In this document: positions 60,105-64,000 of the stretch, piece after piece
How the letters are laid out: each line of letters opens with the position of its first letter
How positions within the stretch are numbered: the first letter of the stretch is position 1
Source: Escherichia phage vB_EcoD-Elw
Sequence record: OR621298
DNA length: 64,000 nucleotides
Strand: one strand, 5' to 3'
The notes under the pieces: generated by a model
Told to the model about the DNA's origin: nothing
The model's database searches: none
The model's input: only the letters and a program-made list of their open reading frames with translations
Made by a program: the position numbers and the translations under genes

Positions 60105-61115
60105 ATGAGGCTTTATAAACCTGATAATGCCACCGTTTTAAAAGGTGCATTGCGCAACCTGCTGGATGGTAGCAAGTCAACCAGCATTAAACATTTTATT
60201 AACAAGATTGAAACTATTCATCAAAACTTTTTTGATGATTATGACGCTTATGATATGGATAGTTTTCTACCCTTATATAGACAAGGGGCAACGCTAGTTT
60301 TATATAATCGGGATTGCCATATCTTTACAGGCAGGGGAGCGGGGCCGGATACCGATTTTATTGTTGCGCAGGGTAATAATATTGTTGCGTATCATAGCAA
60401 TTCAGGCCGTCAATCATTTAATATAAATAGTTTTGAGCTTATTGGACTTGATCTGATAAATGGACTTTCTAGCATTGAGGGATTTTTAGATGTTATCTGG
60501 AAGTATTTACCCGCTGGATGGCATAAGCCGGATAACGACGGATCTCAATATACCGGTATAATGGCTTTTGATGGCGACGGTAATTTTTTGTTACCACGGG
60601 AGCTATACCCATATATTTATGATGGGGATATAGAAAGCGCTGGTTTTTCTTTCTGGAAAGATGAAGATCAGATTATTGACAGCGTAGAAAACCATGCTGT
60701 AAATTCTAACACTCAAAGCGTTAACACTCAAACTACTGAAAACAAAGGAAAAAACACTATGACCAAGATTGCTAACATCGTTGCCGCTAATAAATCCGCC
60801 GTTGTAAATGCTGCAAAACTGGAAGCGGGTAAAATTGCACTGACTCAAATTACGAAAGTAGCGGCTAAAAAAGCACCGTTTATGATTAAAGGTTATATTG
60901 ATACACCTATCGGTCGAGTAGTGATTGCCAACCTGCTGGGCGTAGCGGTTGACCAGTACGCCACAAGTAACCAAAAGGCGAAAGCGGTGGCAGGTGCAGC
61001 TATGGAAGCGGCTATGTTAGAAATGGTGCAAAGTTTTAACATCGCTGAGATGATTGATGAAATGGTAAAAGGTATTGATATTTCTACTTTTACCACTAGC
61101 ACCGAAAGCGAGTAA
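60105..61115 (+). CDS. hypothetical pre-early protein
   Basis: 336 aa; first gene of the rightward cassette; GGGAGG RBS. Confidence 0.55.
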   Translation: MRLYKPDNATVLKGALRNLLDGSKSTSIKHFINKIETIHQNFFDDYDAYDMDSFLPLYRQGATLVLYNRDCHIFTGRGAGPDTDFIVAQGNNIVAYHSNSGRQSFNINSFELIGLDLINGLSSIEGFLDVIWKYLPAGWHKPDNDGSQYTGIMAFDGDGNFLLPRELYPYIYDGDIESAGFSFWKDEDQIIDSVENHAVNSNTQSVNTQTTENKGKNTMTKIANIVAANKSAVVNAAKLEAGKIALTQITKVAAKKAPFMIKGYIDTPIGRVVIANLLGVAVDQYATSNQKAKAVAGAAMEAAMLEMVQSFNIAEMIDEMVKGIDISTFTTSTESE

Positions 61116-61180
61116 TAATATTAAGCGGGGATTGTTACCCCGCTTTACTATTCCCTTGTTAACTAATAGGAGGCTAATAA

Positions 61181-61675
61181 ATGGCTGATGAAAAATATGG
61201 CTTCTCACTGGGAGAAGTGAGCACGGCAAAACATGATATGATCATTTTGGTCGATTGTCATACTGGCTATTGCGGGGAAGGGAACACCGAGGAATATTTT
61301 GTTCCTGCTGGTACGGATCTGGACGCTTTCGCTCAGGAAATGGCTATTGATAATGCTTCTCGTTTTGGTAGCGATGGTTACGAAGACGAAGAAACTGGCG
61401 AATGGTATGAAAATGAAAACGTATATGCAAGCCTTTATCATTATCAATTAAGTAAATCCGGCACATATGTAAACGGCGGCGATCCTATTAATTCCGTCAT
61501 GAGATTAATTATTAAATATGGCGGCGTCGAGATAGTTGGTAACAAAGCGGTAATATACGCAAATCGATTAAAACAGCTTGTTTATATTCCTGATAGTACC
61601 CGATGGGATGAATATGCTGTTTTGCATGACGAATTGAAACGATGTTTCAATATTGAATCCTTACAAGTAGTCTAA
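61181..61675 (+). CDS. hypothetical strongly acidic pre-early protein
   Basis: 164 aa, about 29 Asp+Glu versus 11 Lys+Arg; AGGAGG RBS. Confidence 0.55.
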   Translation: MADEKYGFSLGEVSTAKHDMIILVDCHTGYCGEGNTEEYFVPAGTDLDAFAQEMAIDNASRFGSDGYEDEETGEWYENENVYASLYHYQLSKSGTYVNGGDPINSVMRLIIKYGGVEIVGNKAVIYANRLKQLVYIPDSTRWDEYAVLHDELKRCFNIESLQVV

Positions 61676-61780
61676 TGTAAAGTTTTGTAAAGGTCGCCTT
61701 TTATGGTGGCCTTTTTTGTTATAATGCCTTTACACCGTTTGAGGACGGTTGAAAATTTTCCCAAAAATTGGAGGCTTAAA

Positions 61781-62011
61781 ATGGTTGCTTATTCTTCTGC
61801 TAGTCATCTGTTCACCGCTCAAGGCTGGGTATCTAACCGCGTTATTATTCACGAAATGGTGCAAGAATATGGCATTGCTAAAACATACAATACCATTCAG
61901 GCGCTTTATGATAATGATCAAATCGATCAGCAAACGGCGGGCTTTTTGCTGGATACCCTGAAAGCAGAACATTGCACCAAAAAACAAGCGGCTAAAATTG
62001 TTTTAATGTAA
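61781..62011 (+). CDS. hypothetical small protein
   Basis: ATG at 61781 with GGAGG RBS; the ORF track starts further upstream. Confidence 0.45.
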   Translation: MVAYSSASHLFTAQGWVSNRVIIHEMVQEYGIAKTYNTIQALYDNDQIDQQTAGFLLDTLKAEHCTKKQAAKIVLM

Positions 62012-62052
62012 TTAATAACGGGGCGTTATTTTCGCCCCACTAACTAGGGGGA

Positions 62053-62208
62053 ATGAAAATGGTTATTTTTCGAGCTATTTTAGCGGGTATCTTGGGCGCT
62101 ATTTTATCGTTGTTTGCAATAGCTTTCGGCGTTCACGCGGTTATTATTGGCGCGGGTATCGCTGCATTTTCTTATCTGCTGGGCTGCATGACTAGTAAAG
62201 GAGAATAA
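62053..62208 (+). CDS. small hydrophobic membrane protein, 51 aa (not in ORF track)
   Basis: ATG 62053; MKMVIFRAILAGILGAILSLFAIAFGVHAVIIGAGIAAFSYLLGCMTSKGE. Confidence 0.4.
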   Translation: MKMVIFRAILAGILGAILSLFAIAFGVHAVIIGAGIAAFSYLLGCMTSKGE

Positions 62209-62210
62209 AA

Positions 62211-62423
62211 ATGATCCGCAATGTTTCCCTTGCCCGTTCGAAAGGCTTTAAGCTGGTGGATGTTAACACGTTCGAGCGTGAAGATTGTAAAATCGAATAT
62301 GTAGCACGTAATAAGAATGCCTTTCGTGTTACAGAAAAGAAATTTGACAAGCGCGGCAACGTGATCGCTGAAACGGTTAAACACTTTGCCACCTTTTACG
62401 CTGCGTTTCGTGGGGTGTTATAA
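62211..62423 (+). CDS. hypothetical small protein
   Basis: 70 aa; AAAGGAGAA RBS. Confidence 0.5.
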   Translation: MIRNVSLARSKGFKLVDVNTFEREDCKIEYVARNKNAFRVTEKKFDKRGNVIAETVKHFATFYAAFRGVL

Positions 62424-62424
62424 A

Positions 62425-62769
62425 ATGGTTATTTATGAGGGCAACCGCTTTGTTGCTAATTGCCGCCCTGCATTGCTAGCAAATTACTTAAATCAGCTTT
62501 CACCAGCTTATAAGGGCGTTATTAATATTTATGAAGGCAAGGCGCATTATAAAATCAATGCGGTCGTTGCCCGTGAACTAGCGTTTCAATTTTTGACCTT
62601 TGCATCTTGTGACGTTCAGGTCATGGGTGAAGCGTTAATTGCAGAAAATGAAGATGATTTTATTAATATTTTTCGCAAGATATGCACCGAGCGCCTGATA
62701 ATGAAAGGCGCTTATATTCAATCCACTGCGGATAGTATTGAAACAGCGTTTCGAAAGGTGGCGCAATGA
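62425..62769 (+). CDS. hypothetical protein
   Basis: Start placed at ATG 62425, just after the upstream stop. Confidence 0.45.
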   Translation: MVIYEGNRFVANCRPALLANYLNQLSPAYKGVINIYEGKAHYKINAVVARELAFQFLTFASCDVQVMGEALIAENEDDFINIFRKICTERLIMKGAYIQSTADSIETAFRKVAQ

Positions 62770-62969
62770 GCAATAAAATTGTTGTAACCAAAATCAGTAC
62801 AATGGTTGATGTTTTTTACGTGCCCGATACGCCGGAAAACCGGCAAGCGGTCGAGCGTGGCGAGTATGATAAAGTGATTTATGATCACGATGGTTATTAT
62901 CAGCATTTGGTCGATTCCTATGGGGAAGAGGAAAAGATCACGCATCAATTACCGGAGGATGGTTTATGA
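62766..62969 (+). CDS. hypothetical small acidic protein
   Basis: 67 aa; overlapping start and stop. Confidence 0.45.
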   Translation: MSNKIVVTKISTMVDVFYVPDTPENRQAVERGEYDKVIYDHDGYYQHLVDSYGEEEKITHQLPEDGL

Positions 62970-63221
62970 AACGATGGTTTAATCACTGGTATAAGCGGTT
63001 TTTAGTACGCCGTCGCAAATCTAGACATCAAGATGAGTGGCGGGAGTGGGCAAAGCGTAACGGTTGCCCGCTACTCTGAGAACGACGGGGATTAGCTCCC
63101 CGTTTTTCCATGCCTCCAGTTAAATACCCCCTTGTTTTAGTATCCCCACCAAAATTAAACGCGTTAGAATGCGATCTAGGACGTTTTAGCGGTATATTAG
63201 AATTATTCACTACATAGGAAT

Positions 63222-63332
63222 ACTGTATATTTATACAGTAGGATAAGCTGTGGATAAGTCTGTTAATAACGCCTCAAAATGGCTAGGATTCTGTCAAGTC
63301 AAATCGTGCTGTTAATAAGTCTGTGGATAACT
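63222..63332. promoter_or_regulatory. DnaA boxes (inverted orientation) and palindrome
   Basis: TGTGGATAA at 63249-63257 and 63322-63330; palindrome actgtata-tt-tatacagt at 63222-63239. Confidence 0.55.
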
Positions 63333-63344
63333 TAAATAATAGTG

Positions 63345-63506
63345 TTTCTCACTTCCATTCTTAAATGCAAATCATTATCATTCGCATTTCACTTTCTAAA
63401 TGAGAATCATTTCACTTCTTGAATAGTTCTCATTTCACTTTTTAAATGCGAATTATTATCATTCTCATTTCGCTTTTTAAATGATTCTTATTATCATTCG
63501 CATTCA
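63345..63506. repeat. five degenerate ~30-bp direct repeats
   Basis: Units of form tt(t/c)tTAAATG(c/a)gAAT(t/c)ATTATCATTCGCATTTCAC, imperfect, no unique spacers. Confidence 0.7.
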
Positions 63507-63509
63507 GGC

Positions 63510-63536
63510 GCGCAGGGCAATTGCCCTGCGCTTTTG
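63510..63536 (+). terminator. GC-rich palindrome with T-tract
   Basis: gcgcagggc-aatt-gccctgcgc followed by tttt. Confidence 0.45.
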
Positions 63537-63757
63537 TGCAAATCCGACATTGCTCCACGGGTGTTACGTGCGGGCGTGTATGTGCGAATCCGACAATTTT
63601 TGGTAGTGTGCAAATCCGACCCGAAAAATTTTTATAGTGTGCAAATCCGACAATGAATTTTCCCAAAAACTCCAGCAATCCGATGCTGCGCATCAATCCT
63701 GTGGAATTAGCTAGAATATGTGCAAATCCGACATGGGTTTATTTGTGCGAATCCGAC
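63536..63757. repeat. six direct 13-bp iterons GTGC(A/G)AATCCGAC
   Basis: Copies at 63536, 63582, 63608, 63639, 63720 and 63745, same orientation; degenerate copy near 63674. Confidence 0.75.
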
Positions 63758-64000
63758 AAGATTTTTGTGACTTTGATTGGAGGGTGTGTGATTGTATGGG
63801 TTTGAGGAGAAGATGAGAGAGCGAGAAAAATTTGAGGGAACTGTGAGAGGGGCGCAGGATTGGTGCGGAGCACCTGATTTGCGGGGATTTTGGGGAAGAG
63901 TTGAGATAATTTGGGAAGATTTGGGATAGGTGCAGATAAAGTAAAATTTTATTAGCAAAACGAGGCAAAATAGCTTGACAAGTGAAAATTTCTGTGGCTC

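Noticed and set aside
61680-61720. Rho-independent terminator after the 164-aa acidic ORF
   Set aside because: The apparent stem (ggtcgcc / ggtggcc) is not complementary on inspection; only a T-tract is present.
63345-63506. Possible CRISPR array suggested by closely spaced direct repeats
   Set aside because: Repeats are degenerate, AT-rich, abut each other with no unique spacers of regular length, and no cas genes are present; more consistent with a binding-site or structural repeat array.
1-64000. Integrated prophage or mobile element with integrase/transposase and att sites
   Set aside because: No tyrosine or serine recombinase, transposase or host flanking genes found; the gene content is that of a virulent phage with terminal redundancy.

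Overview
The window reads as the right-hand ~64 kb of a T5-like (Demerecviridae-type) lytic siphophage genome. All family and gene-name assignments rest on motifs visible in the translations plus gene order and sizes recalled from phage T5; no database search was run. Layout: (1) 0.2-27.2 kb, plus-strand early region driven by near-consensus sigma70 promoters with a conserved leader: class III anaerobic RNR, a Zn-ribbon-less SIR2-like protein, HAD-like phosphatase, split NAD-dependent DNA ligase, DnaB-like helicase, primase, family A DNA polymerase, D10-like helicase, SbcCD-like nuclease, resolvase-like protein, flap endonuclease, dUTPase. (2) 27.3-52.9 kb, minus-strand late module: L-shaped tail fibre through baseplate, tape measure, tail tube, capsid, portal, terminase and receptor-binding protein, followed by a plus-strand Llp-like lipoprotein. 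(3) 53.3-64.0 kb, a higher-GC pre-early block with dmp-like, A1-like and A2-like genes and small acidic or membrane ORFs, ending in a repeat-dense non-coding region with DnaA boxes, degenerate direct repeats, six 13-bp iterons and a G+A-skewed tract. That end region matches what I recall for the T5 injection-stop-signal region, whose mechanism I believe is unresolved. I found no integrase, transposase, CRISPR array or canonical defence operon. The best leads are the repeat architecture at 58.7-59.0, 59.4-59.8 and 63.2-63.9 kb, the SIR2-like gene, a duplicated hairpin plus 21-nt element in front of two late genes, and the uncharacterised pre-early ORFs.
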